A DNA stretch of 64,000 nt from Candidatus Bathyarchaeia archaeon (GCA_050015395.1 JBEKBM010000006.1:32001-96000), one strand, 5' to 3'; shown: positions 20,761-30,842, counted from the first letter of the stretch. Numbers and translations are program-made. Notes: generated from the sequence alone by a model not told the origin.

Positions 20761-21395
20761 AAAAATTGAAAATAGACAAAGTGGTCCAAGACAAGAAAGA
20801 CAAAGTGGCAAACATACTTTTCAAAATTGACGCAATAAAATTTGGAGTGTTCAAACTGTCTAGCGGAAAAGCAAGCCCCTACTACATTGATCTAAGAGTA
20901 ATTCCCAGTTTCCCAGATGCCTTCCGAGAAATCTGCGACTTCTACGCTGAATACATAACCAACCAGATTGGAGTAAAAAACTTTGATAGAATGGCAGGAG
21001 TACCCTTAACCGGAATTATATTTGCGTCCCAAGTTGCGTATAACCTCAAAAAACCCTTCATTTATGTACGCAAAGGCGTCCGACTGCATGGAAGAGAACG
21101 AAGGGTGGAAGGACTTCTGGCATCAGGGGACAGAGTTCTATTAATTGATGATTTAGTAACCACTGGGTTAACTCTCAAAAAAGCTACGGAAGCTGTTAGA
21201 GCTGAAGGTGGCGTGGTAACAGACGCCGTCGTTTTTCTAGACAGAGAAGAAGGCGGAAACCAACAGCTTGAAAAAAACGGAATAAACCTTCATACATTGC
21301 TGAAAATAAGCGAAGTAGCTAACACCCTCTATGAATTAGGCGCCATTGACCAAGAAAACCTAAAGACAATCCTAAAGCAAGTAAAAAAACAGTAA
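20757..21395 (+). CDS. pyrE: Orotate phosphoribosyltransferase
   Basis: FKLSSGKASPYYIDLR, PRPP motif LLIDDLVTTG. Confidence 0.96.
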   Translation: MKKLKIDKVVQDKKDKVANILFKIDAIKFGVFKLSSGKASPYYIDLRVIPSFPDAFREICDFYAEYITNQIGVKNFDRMAGVPLTGIIFASQVAYNLKKPFIYVRKGVRLHGRERRVEGLLASGDRVLLIDDLVTTGLTLKKATEAVRAEGGVVTDAVVFLDREEGGNQQLEKNGINLHTLLKISEVANTLYELGAIDQENLKTILKQVKKQ

Positions 21396-21405
21396 AGCCC
21401 AAATT

Positions 21406-21966
21406 TTATTCATAAAATATTAGATTGGTTTCTTCAAGTAGCGTATGCAATTTTTCCACTGCGTCATAAACGTCTTGTTCTTTTTTGGCTCCGGTGCAAA
21501 CGAGTTTTCCACTTGCAAAAAGCAAAATCACAACTTTTGGCTCTTGCATCCTATAGATTAAGCCTGGAAACTGTTCAGGTTCGTACATTGCATGTCCAAG
21601 CGTGTATGCAGCTTTTTCTAAATCGATCATGCCTCCTAAACCGCCTGCAGCAACTATGTTTTGTATTTTAAGTTCTGGTTTACTGATGATTATTATGCCG
21701 CCTTTCTTAAGTTCCTTAACAACTTTCATTACAGCTCTACGAGCTTCCTTCTCCGATTTAGCCCCTGTGCAAACCATCTTTCCAGAACTAAAAATTAAAG
21801 TCGCGGTTTTGGGGCGTTTTATTCTGAAAACTAGACCTGGAAACTGTTCAGGGCGATATTCAACACTTGGGTAACCCTTTACCACGGCGTTCAAGTCAAC
21901 TTTCTGGTTCAGCGTTGCAGAAGCGACCACATTCTCGATGCTTATTGTAGCTTTAACTTTTGGCAC
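21406..21966 (-). CDS. tbp: TATA-box-binding protein
   Basis: Two repeats: IENVVA/IQNIVA, YxPEQFPGL, FxSGKxVCTGAK. Confidence 0.98.
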   Translation of the reverse strand: MPKVKATISIENVVASATLNQKVDLNAVVKGYPSVEYRPEQFPGLVFRIKRPKTATLIFSSGKMVCTGAKSEKEARRAVMKVVKELKKGGIIIISKPELKIQNIVAAGGLGGMIDLEKAAYTLGHAMYEPEQFPGLIYRMQEPKVVILLFASGKLVCTGAKKEQDVYDAVEKLHTLLEETNLIFYE

Positions 21967-22017
21967 TCAATTTCCCTCTTGCTTTAACGCCCTTTAAATA
22001 TCCCTTATCAACTGACT

Positions 22018-22734
22018 TTATAAAGACATCTGTGACTGCGGCTGCATTCGGTTCTGTTGTTCAGGTTTTTTCTCTCTTAATATGGGCATAATAAATTCGA
22101 TAACTATAAGCAACATTATAAGCGCAATAACCACTGGCAAACCCCAAGAATTATCCCTCATGAAAAGTGTTACCCAACCAAACCACGGAATACGCATAAC
22201 AACTATGCCCACTACCATGTTTTGGGGAACTCCTGGTGGATTGCTGCTGTCCCATGGGTCTTGGCCTGATGTTGGAGTTTGTGGCCATGGGTTTCCGTTT
22301 CCGTCCCCTTTAGTGAGATAATATGTGGTGCCGTTGACTACTTCGGTGCCTATTATGCGGTGCACAATTAACATGCTATAATCGTAGGGGCTATGGAAGA
22401 CGATTATGTCGCTGTTCGGGTAGTTAGTGTTTAGGTCTTTAGGGTTTATGCCTTGGACGATTATGATGTCGCCTATACTTAGGGTTCGGTCAAACGGGTG
22501 AGCTATGCTTAACCAGAAGTTATCTTGGCCATCGTAAGGAATATTCATGCTGCCGCTTTCCACAGTTAACGCAGGATCAGACGTGTGAAGCGCGAACTGC
22601 AAGCCAAATAAGAAACCAAGAACAATTGCAACAATCAAGGCGATGGCAACTACCGTTTTGAAATAATCGTTTTTCCAGACCCTTTTTAGATCGCTCAAAT
22701 TTTTGCCTCGGCTATTTGAAGTATTCCTTTTCAT
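22018..22734 (-). CDS. Signal peptidase I (archaeal Sec11-like)
   Basis: VESGSM, GDIIIV, IVHRI, TKGDGN; N- and C-terminal TM helices. Confidence 0.93.
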   Translation of the reverse strand: MKRNTSNSRGKNLSDLKRVWKNDYFKTVVAIALIVAIVLGFLFGLQFALHTSDPALTVESGSMNIPYDGQDNFWLSIAHPFDRTLSIGDIIIVQGINPKDLNTNYPNSDIIVFHSPYDYSMLIVHRIIGTEVVNGTTYYLTKGDGNGNPWPQTPTSGQDPWDSSNPPGVPQNMVVGIVVMRIPWFGWVTLFMRDNSWGLPVVIALIMLLIVIEFIMPILREKKPEQQNRMQPQSQMSL

Positions 22735-22827
22735 AAGGAGTTCCTATGTTTTAAAACTTACCGTCTCATAATAAAGAAAAATAAGAGAGGACAAATAGCG
22801 CAATCAGCAAGTTTCTGGTTGCACTGT

Positions 22828-22998
22828 TTAGATTTTCTTTTTACTTAACACTTCGCGGAATACTTTGCCGCATTTTGGGCACTCGTAGAGTCCGATTTCT
22901 AGTTGCATGCGTTTTCCAGCTTTATCTGGACGACCAGCCATTTTCCAACTCTTTTTTATCTTTGAAACTTCTGTTCCGCATTTTGGACATTTAGCCAT
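22828..22998 (-). CDS. creN7: Cren7-family chromatin protein, zinc-ribbon type (copy 1, 56 aa)
   Basis: Manual translation, not in ORF track: MAKCPKCGTEVSKIKKSWKMAGRPDKAGKRMQLEIGLYECPKCGKVFREVLSKKKI; GGAGG SD upstream. Confidence 0.85.
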   Translation of the reverse strand: MAKCPKCGTEVSKIKKSWKMAGRPDKAGKRMQLEIGLYECPKCGKVFREVLSKKKI

Positions 22999-23314
22999 TC
23001 AATTTCCTCCGTATTACCGATTCCATGGTTTATCATTATAGAATAAAAAACTTTCCATACCTTTCCAATACATATTCTGCGTTTCCACGGTATGTTTAAA
23101 CAAGTTTTTGTATACACAATTGAACATCGTCAAAGGAAATGGTTGAAAGCCTTTAAAATATCTCACTTACTCGCCAAAAACAGCAACAATTAATCAAGCC
23201 ATTAGCATTAAAAGTTAAAAATTGCCAAGAAAAGCCTGAAGTTCTTCTAAACCTTCCCTAACCTTTTTTATAGCAGAATCTCAGCTTATCTTACCATTCG
23301 AGGCTCAACTTATA

Positions 23315-26185
23315 TTGCAGGCAACTTCTGAAAATGCTTTTGAAATGCTTGTGAAGCCAGTTCGAAGGCTCGTTGAACAGAAAGGATTCTCTAAACCAAC
23401 TGAACCTCAAGAAAAAACAATACCAAAAATACTCGACGGCAAAAATATACTGTTAATTTCACCTACAGCCACAGGCAAAACAGAAGCCGCTTTCCTGCCT
23501 GTGCTAAGCATGCTTCTTAAGGAACCCAAAACTCCAGGCATAAAAGTGCTGTACATTACGCCGTTGCGGGCTTTAAACAGAGACTTGCTTGAGCGGCTTC
23601 AGTGGTGGTGCAACAGCCTAGACATAAAACTCGCCGTTAGGCATGGTGACACTGAAACAAAAGAGAGAACCCGTCAATCCCGAAGCCCGCCTGACATTCT
23701 TATAACGACTCCTGAAACACTGCAAGCTATACTTTCCGGCTGGATTTTACGTCAACACCTGCAAAGCTTAAGATGGGTAATAATTGATGAAGTACATGAG
23801 TTAGCTGACAGCAAACGGGGAAGCCAGCTGTCATTGGCACTGGAACGAATCCGAAGCCTAATCGGAAAAGACTTCCAAATGATCGGTTTATCCGCCACCA
23901 TTGGCAGCCCAGAAAAAGTCGCCCAATTCCTCGTTGGAAACAAGCGACCAGTTGAAATCATCCGTGTTCCCGTTGCCAAAATGGTGAAGCTGCAAGTAAT
24001 ATACCCTAAGCCAAGCGAGGAAGACGTTAGGTTTGCATCGAAAATTTACACTCATCCGGAGGTGGCGGCTAGACTGCGTATTATTCGCGATTACATGAGC
24101 AAACGAAAATCTGTTCTTCTGTTTACAAATACACGTTCAATTTCGGAAGTTTTAGCTTCTAGATTTAAGGTTTGGGACATTGATTTTCCAATTTCAATTC
24201 ACCATGGCTCCTTAGCTAAGGTCTCAAGGATAGCTGCCGAAACTGGGTTAAAGCGTGGTGAACTTAAGGGTTTAATCGCTACCAGCAGCCTCGAATTAGG
24301 CATCGATGTCGGAGTCATAGATCTGGTTATCCAGTACATGAGTCCAAGGCAAGTAACCAGGCTTATCCAGCGCGTGGGACGGGCAGGTCACACTTATGGG
24401 CAAGTTGCTGAGGGCGTAATAATCGGCATGGATTCAGATGATACGCTTGAAGCCTTAGTTATCGCCCGCAGAGCCCTCAACGAAGAGTTGGAGCCTGTTG
24501 AAATTCCAGATAAACCCTATGATGTTTTGGTTCATCAGATTGCTGGGTTGATGCTGAAGAGCAGGCGATTAGAATTTAACGATGTTCTAGAAATAGCGCG
24601 TAACGCTGCACCGTTTGAGAACTTAACATTGGAAGATGTCGAAAAAGCTTTCAAGTACATGCATGAGCGTTTTCCACGTTTAGCGTGGGTGTCCTTTGAG
24701 GATCAGGTGGCTTTGAAGCCTCAGCGGTCTAAGGCTTTGTTTGAGTACTATTTTGATAATTTATCAATGATTCCTGAGGAGAAACAATTCCTTGTAATTG
24801 ACGAGTCATCTGACACTTCGATTGGTGTTTTAGACGAAGCGTTCATGGCGGAGTACGGCAAACCTGGAACAAAATTCATCATACGTGGCAGCCCATGGCA
24901 AATAATCCATGCCACAGAAGACAAAGTTTACGTGCGACCTGTTGATGACCCGACCGGTTCAATTCCCAGCTGGATAGGCGAGGAAATTCCAGTGCCGTAC
25001 AAGATAGCGCAGGAAGTGGCAGAAATACGCGGATTCGTTGAAGAAAAAATGCATAGTGGGCTTACGCCTGAGCAGGTTAGTGCTTTGCTTTCTGAGCGTT
25101 ATGCGGCTGATAAGGAGACTATTTTGCATGCGTTGGCGGAGACGGTGGAGCAAGTGAACTGTGGCTTTGCGGTTCCTACCCCCAGGCGGATTGTAGTTGA
25201 GGATTGGGGTGAATTTGTTATTATTCACTCTAATTTTGGTTCACTAATTAATCGTGCCTTAGCGCAGTTCCTTGGGGAAGTGTTGTCTGATAAGCTTGGT
25301 CATGGTATCGTGGTTCAGCATGACCCTTACCGCATTTTTGTGCAAACCATGGGCAGTATGAGTGCTGAGAGGCTGGTTGAAGTTTTCAATGAACTCAAAG
25401 GCATGAGTACCCAAGCGGTTAAGAACACGTTAACTAGGTCAACTATAAAGACAGGATTATTCAAGAGACGAGTAATACAGGTAGCAAGGCGTTTTGGTGC
25501 ACTAAAGAAGTGGGCTGACTTTAGCAACGTTAGCATTCAGAAGTTGATCTCAAGTTTTGAGGGTACGCTGATTTATGAGGAGGGTTTGAAGGAGGTTTTC
25601 TCTAAAGACCTTGATGCAGATGGGCTTGTCATGGTGCTTAAGCGGATTCATGACGGTGAGGTAGGTTTGCAGGTTGTTGCCACTGGCGGAGATGCGACTC
25701 CTGTTGCTCGCGTGGGCATTGAGCGGGTAAGCATGAAAACCGATCTTATTCCGCCAGAGAAAATGCGTGCAGTGCTTATTGCAGCAGCCAAAGCGCGATT
25801 ACTTAATGAAACAGGCAATTTCATTTGCACTAACTGTTGGGATTACATGGAGACCATTCGCATCAAAGACTTGCCCGATAAACCAAAGTGCCCAAGATGC
25901 GAGTCTTTTGCCATTGGATTGTTGAAGGTGGAAGAGGAGAAGGCTTTGCCGTTAATTGAGAAGAAAGGACGCTTAGCTAAGGACGAGGAAAAGATGCAGT
26001 TGCAGGCTAAGCATACTGCTGAATTAATAGAAAAGTATGGTAAAGTGGCGGCAGTGGCATTGAGCGCTCGACGGGTTCAAACGGTGGACATTGCAGGTGT
26101 TTTGGAGAAGGAGCCTAAGCTTTCAGACCGATTTTACGAGTTGGTTATGGAGGCTGAACGTAAAGCACTGAGTAAACGTTTTTGA
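23315..26185 (+). CDS. lhr: Lhr-family ATP-dependent helicase with C-terminal Zn finger
   Basis: SPTATGKT, TPLRALNRD, DEVHE, SAT, HHGSL, LELGID, QRVGRAGH; CTNC...CPRC. Confidence 0.95.
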   Translation: MQATSENAFEMLVKPVRRLVEQKGFSKPTEPQEKTIPKILDGKNILLISPTATGKTEAAFLPVLSMLLKEPKTPGIKVLYITPLRALNRDLLERLQWWCNSLDIKLAVRHGDTETKERTRQSRSPPDILITTPETLQAILSGWILRQHLQSLRWVIIDEVHELADSKRGSQLSLALERIRSLIGKDFQMIGLSATIGSPEKVAQFLVGNKRPVEIIRVPVAKMVKLQVIYPKPSEEDVRFASKIYTHPEVAARLRIIRDYMSKRKSVLLFTNTRSISEVLASRFKVWDIDFPISIHHGSLAKVSRIAAETGLKRGELKGLIATSSLELGIDVGVIDLVIQYMSPRQVTRLIQRVGRAGHTYGQVAEGVIIGMDSDDTLEALVIARRALNEELEPVEIPDKPYDVLVHQIAGLMLKSRRLEFNDVLEIARNAAPFENLTLEDVEKAFKYMHERFPRLAWVSFEDQVALKPQRSKALFEYYFDNLSMIPEEKQFLVIDESSDTSIGVLDEAFMAEYGKPGTKFIIRGSPWQIIHATEDKVYVRPVDDPTGSIPSWIGEEIPVPYKIAQEVAEIRGFVEEKMHSGLTPEQVSALLSERYAADKETILHALAETVEQVNCGFAVPTPRRIVVEDWGEFVIIHSNFGSLINRALAQFLGEVLSDKLGHGIVVQHDPYRIFVQTMGSMSAERLVEVFNELKGMSTQAVKNTLTRSTIKTGLFKRRVIQVARRFGALKKWADFSNVSIQKLISSFEGTLIYEEGLKEVFSKDLDADGLVMVLKRIHDGEVGLQVVATGGDATPVARVGIERVSMKTDLIPPEKMRAVLIAAAKARLLNETGNFICTNCWDYMETIRIKDLPDKPKCPRCESFAIGLLKVEEEKALPLIEKKGRLAKDEEKMQLQAKHTAELIEKYGKVAAVALSARRVQTVDIAGVLEKEPKLSDRFYELVMEAERKALSKRF

Positions 26186-26286
26186 TAAAAATGTTGCAGT
26201 TTCCTTTTTTTTATTAAATTGTATGTTTATGCGGAATAACAGCAACTTTTTAAACCTAGAACTGCTTATCTGCTTATCTGTTTATA

Positions 26287-26637
26287 GTGCCAGTAGGAGA
26301 TTTAAGAAGCGTGGAAATAAGTCGAAAGAATTTACGCAGTGAAGTTCTTGAACGCATTAAATACGTTAAAACTTGTGTCATGGCGCGGGAGCTGTGTTTG
26401 CTTGTTCGCACCAATAGGGCTATCTTGGAACCTAAAGATGTGCAAGAAGTATGCCAGTACATTTCGAAACTATGCAAAGAAGAAGGCTGCTCTGAGCCAA
26501 GTGAACTCTGCACGAAAGCAGCTAACGCGGTTGGTTCAGCAGATGAAGAAAAATATCTTGATTTATGCGCTCAAAGCTGTGCAAAATGCGGAGAAGCCAG
26601 AAGACCGGTTCCGAAAAAAGACGCTTACGTGGCATAA
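26287..26637 (+). CDS. Cys-rich helical hypothetical protein
   Basis: 116 aa with 9 Cys; co-oriented between lhr and the methyltransferase. Confidence 0.75.
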   Translation: MPVGDLRSVEISRKNLRSEVLERIKYVKTCVMARELCLLVRTNRAILEPKDVQEVCQYISKLCKEEGCSEPSELCTKAANAVGSADEEKYLDLCAQSCAKCGEARRPVPKKDAYVA

Positions 26638-26668
26638 AAAGCATAAATAACATTGGTGAAGTCTGAAA

Positions 26669-27145
26669 ATGTTTATTGCTCCTTTTGTTCCAAGTCCAAA
26701 CAGTGTTGTAGAATATATGCTGAAGTTGGCTGATTTGAAGGCTGGCGAAGTATTGTTTGATATGGGTTCTGGAGATGGCAGAACCGTAATCATGGCGGCC
26801 AAAACTTTCGGCGCCAGAGGCGTCGGCATCGAGTTGCGTGAGGATTTGGCGAAAAAAGCGTTGGCTACTATTCATGAGAACGGTCTTGAGGACAGAGTAA
26901 CCATTATGAATAGTAACATGTTTGATGTCAACTTAAGCTCGGCTGATGTAGTTTACTTGTATTTGACGACAAGCGCAAACGAGAAAATCAGGCCTAAGCT
27001 TGAAAGCGACCTTAAAAAAGGCGCACGCGTGGTCTCGCATGACTACGAGATTATCGGTTGGCACCCGGAGAAAGTTGAGAATTTCTGCGAGAACCCCCAG
27101 TTAGGCTATCCTTCCCACACAATCTATCTTTACAGGAAGCCATAG
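26669..27145 (+). CDS. SAM-dependent protein-lysine methyltransferase (aKMT/FAM173-like)
   Basis: APFVPSP, DMGSGDGR, ADVVYLYL, NEKIRPKLE, GARVVSHDY, HTIYLY resemble crenarchaeal aKMT. Confidence 0.8.
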   Translation: MFIAPFVPSPNSVVEYMLKLADLKAGEVLFDMGSGDGRTVIMAAKTFGARGVGIELREDLAKKALATIHENGLEDRVTIMNSNMFDVNLSSADVVYLYLTTSANEKIRPKLESDLKKGARVVSHDYEIIGWHPEKVENFCENPQLGYPSHTIYLYRKP

Positions 27146-27209
27146 TCTTTTCGCCTTGTTTATTCAGTAGATTCGCAAGTGGGTTAGCTTTAATGTGTGT
27201 GCGCACAGG

Positions 27210-27264
27210 TACCTACCGGGAGGGTAAATGTCAATACGTTTTGTCGATACACTTTGCAGATACA
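27210..27264 (-). repeat. Dispersed non-coding element, copy B
   Basis: Reverse complement TGTATCTGCAAAG TGTATCGACAAAA CGTATTGACATTTACCCTCCCGGTAGGTA aligns with 15876-15931. Confidence 0.6.
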
Positions 27265-27422
27265 TTGAAGAACATACGTAGGCAGGTTCTTGGGCGCACA
27301 GTTCCTCCCAGAATCGTTAAGAGTTTTTTAGATACCTTGTGGGTCTCTTGTGGATTTACTGTTATTGGGAAAAAGATTTTTAGTCTCCCCCTTCATAATT
27401 TCCAAAAGAGTGTCCTCTAAAA

Positions 27423-27938
27423 ATGAAGTTTATTCCATGGCAAAACATAGCTGACTGGCATTGCAAAGCATGCGGTTACTGCTGCAAACTCTACAGCGTG
27501 GTCTTAGGCTTCACGGAATGGATGCAATTAGCTAAAACTTTTGGCATAGAAACCACCGTGGCAGGATTAGACCGATTCTACATTAAACGTGCCAGCGACG
27601 GCTCATGCGCTTTCCTATGCAACCACACAAACAACTACTACTGCGGACTGCAAAACATGAAACCTGAAGCATGCAAACTCTGGCCCTTCAAAGTGCTCTC
27701 CGAACCAAAATACGGAGAGCCAAACCAAGCAGCCTACGACTATAACGGAATCCGACTGTACATTTACGGGGACACCATGTGCAGCGGCTTACGTTGCGGA
27801 ACGCCAACATGGGACTTCCGCAACACAACCATAAAAGAGTTCACTGAACTAGCGCTAGGCGTTAGGCAGATACAGTACAAAACAACTAGGTCGGATGCGT
27901 TTAGGCAGCAACAGTGGGGAAGACAACTATTCCCATAA
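27423..27938 (+). CDS. YkgJ-family cysteine cluster (CxxCxxCC) protein
   Basis: CKACGYCC, CAFL, YCGL, KPEACKLWPF. Confidence 0.88.
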   Translation: MKFIPWQNIADWHCKACGYCCKLYSVVLGFTEWMQLAKTFGIETTVAGLDRFYIKRASDGSCAFLCNHTNNYYCGLQNMKPEACKLWPFKVLSEPKYGEPNQAAYDYNGIRLYIYGDTMCSGLRCGTPTWDFRNTTIKEFTELALGVRQIQYKTTRSDAFRQQQWGRQLFP

Positions 27939-28088
27939 AAAAAGGCCTCTTTAAGAGTTAGTTACGTTTATTTAAAGAGGGAACCGTTTTAAGTATTGGA
28001 TTCCCCGCTTGTCTCAATTAGGTTATTAAGCGGGTTTTAAACTCTTAACCAGCAAAACTAATCCGTTAACAAGTGAGGTAACTGTTGT

Positions 28089-28871
28089 ATGCCCAAAGCT
28101 AAGGTTGGCGTTTCAATGCTCTACTGCTTAGGTGAACCATTCAACAGGATGGTTAAACGTTTAGGCACTATGAATACGCGTTACATTGAGATTTTAGATG
28201 ATGGCACTCATGAACTTGACAAAAAACGCGTAGCCACACTCAAAGAAGCCGCCAAATCTTACAGCTTAGAGTTCTCACTGCACGCACCCTTCGCCGACAT
28301 CAATATTGCTTCACCATCTAAATCTATGCTGGACGCTTCCATGAAACGGCTCAAGCAATCCATGGCTTATGCTAATGCGTTGGATGCAAAGCTTTGGGTT
28401 TTTCATCCTGGAGCGAAAACAGGCATTGGCCAATTCTATCCTGGCGCTGACTGGAAACAAAATAATCAAAGCATAAAAGAACTCTGCGAGACAGCGGAAG
28501 AATTAGGGTTAAACATTGCTTTGGAAAACCTGCCGGCAAAATACTATTTTTTCATGAGTAAAGCAGAAGACTTCGTTAAGTTTTACCGTGAAACTAACTT
28601 GCCAGTCGGCATCGTCATGGATTTGGGTCACGCTAACCTCGAAGGCCAAATTGAGCCATTCTTCAACATGTTAGCTGACAAAATCATTCATATCCACGCC
28701 AGCGATAACGACGGCGTAGAAGACCAGCACTTCGGTATAGGCCAAGGCAAAATTAACTATGAATGGTTCGCAGAGACTATAAAGAAAATGGGCTACGACA
28801 AATCAGTCATCATCGAATCCATAACCAACGTTACACAAAGCATCCAAAAACTAACACAGCTCCTCGCTTAG
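28089..28871 (+). CDS. Sugar phosphate isomerase/epimerase (xylose isomerase-like TIM barrel)
   Basis: LHAPFADINIAS, FHPG, ALENL, DLGHA, HIHASDNDG..DQH. Confidence 0.9.
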   Translation: MPKAKVGVSMLYCLGEPFNRMVKRLGTMNTRYIEILDDGTHELDKKRVATLKEAAKSYSLEFSLHAPFADINIASPSKSMLDASMKRLKQSMAYANALDAKLWVFHPGAKTGIGQFYPGADWKQNNQSIKELCETAEELGLNIALENLPAKYYFFMSKAEDFVKFYRETNLPVGIVMDLGHANLEGQIEPFFNMLADKIIHIHASDNDGVEDQHFGIGQGKINYEWFAETIKKMGYDKSVIIESITNVTQSIQKLTQLLA

Positions 28872-29795
28872 TTAGCTTTCTTTAAGCGGCAACTCCAATT
28901 CCATAAAATCCTCAGCCACAACTGCGTTTGCAAACACTTTTTTCGCCTGCTCCAAAAGCAAAGTGGCATCAGGATACCTAGCGCTAATATGCGTTAAAAC
29001 CAGCCGCTTAGCATTAGCCGCCTTCGCTTCCTGCGCCGCTTGACTTGGAGTTGAATGCCCATCCAGTGCTGCTTTCTCGGCTAGTGAATCGTCAAAGGTG
29101 CTCTCGTGAATAACCAGATCTGCATCTGCGGCAAACTTTGCAAACGCTTCGAAGGGTCGGGTGTCGCCAGTGTAAACTATTTTCCGTCCAGCTCGAGGTG
29201 GCCCCATCACGTCGCTTGGCTTAACCACTCTGCCGTCTGGCAGTGTGATTTCTTCTCCACTCTGAAGCTTGGACCATAATTCACCTTGGGGAACTTCGAG
29301 TGCTTGGGCTTTTTTGGGGTAAAACTTTCCAGGGCGCGGTTTTTCCACAAATGCGTAAGCGTAACTGTCCACGGCATGGTTAGACCTGGCGGCTGTTAGG
29401 GTGTAGTCTTCTTCATCTAGAATTGTGCCTTCGCTTAGAATCTCGTTGATTTCGACTGGGAACGTTAAGCCAAAATTGAGGGTTTCTTTGGTGCAAACCA
29501 GAAAATCCTTAATCCCTGGCGGCCCGTACACAGCGACTGGCTCTTTACGGTCCATCAAAGCCATCGTCTGCAAAACGCCTGGCAAACCCAACACGTGGTC
29601 CCCATGCAAATGGGTAAGAAACACTTTTAGTTTTTTGTGGAAGCTTACTTTTGCCTGCATCATTTGCCGCTGCGTGTTTTCGCCGCAGTCAAACATCCAC
29701 AGCTCCCTTGGACATTGGACAACGACAGATGGCAAGCTCCGCTTTAGGGTTGGTACGCTGCCGCTTGTTCCCAAAAACACCACGCGAATACTCAC
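28872..29795 (-). CDS. rnz: Ribonuclease Z
   Basis: FLGTSGSVPT, FDCGE, THLHGDH, YTGDT, HEST, GHST, THISARY. Confidence 0.97.
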   Translation of the reverse strand: MSIRVVFLGTSGSVPTLKRSLPSVVVQCPRELWMFDCGENTQRQMMQAKVSFHKKLKVFLTHLHGDHVLGLPGVLQTMALMDRKEPVAVYGPPGIKDFLVCTKETLNFGLTFPVEINEILSEGTILDEEDYTLTAARSNHAVDSYAYAFVEKPRPGKFYPKKAQALEVPQGELWSKLQSGEEITLPDGRVVKPSDVMGPPRAGRKIVYTGDTRPFEAFAKFAADADLVIHESTFDDSLAEKAALDGHSTPSQAAQEAKAANAKRLVLTHISARYPDATLLLEQAKKVFANAVVAEDFMELELPLKES

Positions 29796-30842
29796 TTAGT
29801 CATGCACCTTCTCGAACACTGCGATTTCCCTTGTTAACGTTCTATGTACGTAGGCGAAATGGGACTCCACATGCCTATATCCCAATGCTATGCCTAACGC
29901 TTTAATGTTTAATGTTTTAGGCGAAGCAATACAAATCCGTTGCCCCGCCCCCAACAAGCCATGCGCCGAAGCCAAAACCTCCTGCACCAACTGCTTAGTC
30001 GTCGACCGAAGCGTGCTCGATGAACGGCCATACGGCGGATCCGTAACAACGCAATCAACCCTAGTGAACGGCAACTGGCGTGCGTCAGCCCAGATTAAAC
30101 CTTCAGGCGAGATATTGAAGTGTCGCAGGTTTTTTTTGCAACCCAAAACCATCCTCCTTTGAGCATCAACCCCTAAAGCTCGGCAACCGATGTAGGTGGC
30201 TTCAATAAGCGAAGTGCCCGTGCCACAGAACGGGTCCAGCACCAAATCTTCAGCTTTCGCATGCGCCAAATTCACCATGCAACGGGCAAGCTTGGATGGC
30301 ATCGCTGACGGGTGGAAGAACGGTTTTCTGCGTGGCCTGCGCTCAGAGAAGGTTTTGGTTTGAATTTCGGTAAGCTTTAAGCCAAAAACGAGTTTTTCGT
30401 CTGTTACTATGCCTATGAAGGTTTTATCTGGGCTTTTGAGGTTAACTTTTGTGGCTTCTGTGCGTTGCAGTATTATTTTTCCCAGTTTTCCCTCAAGCCT
30501 CATTGTGTTGATGGCTTGGTCAGCGTAGTTTTTTATGCGGTTTATCCGCACCGAGAAACTCTCGCCGGGTTTTAGGACAGATTTGAAGTCTATGTTGCCT
30601 GCGGCTTCAGCGATGTCTATTTCGGTGGCGTCTGATTTGAAGAGCTCCAAGGCGCAAAGTCTCGTGAACGCGGCTCTAACATGCACCGCTTGGACGCTGC
30701 CCAGCTCTGCTTCTAACCGTAGGGTTTGGTCGAGGACTTCAGCGTTCGCATATGGGTAGCCTTCGGCTTCCAGTATTGCTTTGACTTCCGCAGCAGGCAG
30801 CGACTCGCTTTCGCCTGACAAGAGGAAAAACAGTTTAGCCAA
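29796..30842 (-). CDS. trm11: THUMP-domain tRNA (guanine-10 N2) methyltransferase
   Basis: THUMP N-terminus; RPRRKPFFHP, LDPFCGTG, TDPPYGRS. Confidence 0.9.
   Translation of the reverse strand: MAKLFFLLSGESESLPAAEVKAILEAEGYPYANAEVLDQTLRLEAELGSVQAVHVRAAFTRLCALELFKSDATEIDIAEAAGNIDFKSVLKPGESFSVRINRIKNYADQAINTMRLEGKLGKIILQRTEATKVNLKSPDKTFIGIVTDEKLVFGLKLTEIQTKTFSERRPRRKPFFHPSAMPSKLARCMVNLAHAKAEDLVLDPFCGTGTSLIEATYIGCRALGVDAQRRMVLGCKKNLRHFNISPEGLIWADARQLPFTRVDCVVTDPPYGRSSSTLRSTTKQLVQEVLASAHGLLGAGQRICIASPKTLNIKALGIALGYRHVESHFAYVHRTLTREIAVFEKVHD

Noticed and set aside
15876-27264. Composite transposon bounded by the two inverted dispersed elements
   Set aside because: Encloses core genes (tbp, pyrE, lhr); no transposase or target-site duplication found
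27193-27420. 75-aa ORF between the methyltransferase and ykgJ-like genes
   Set aside because: No motifs; overlaps the non-coding repeat
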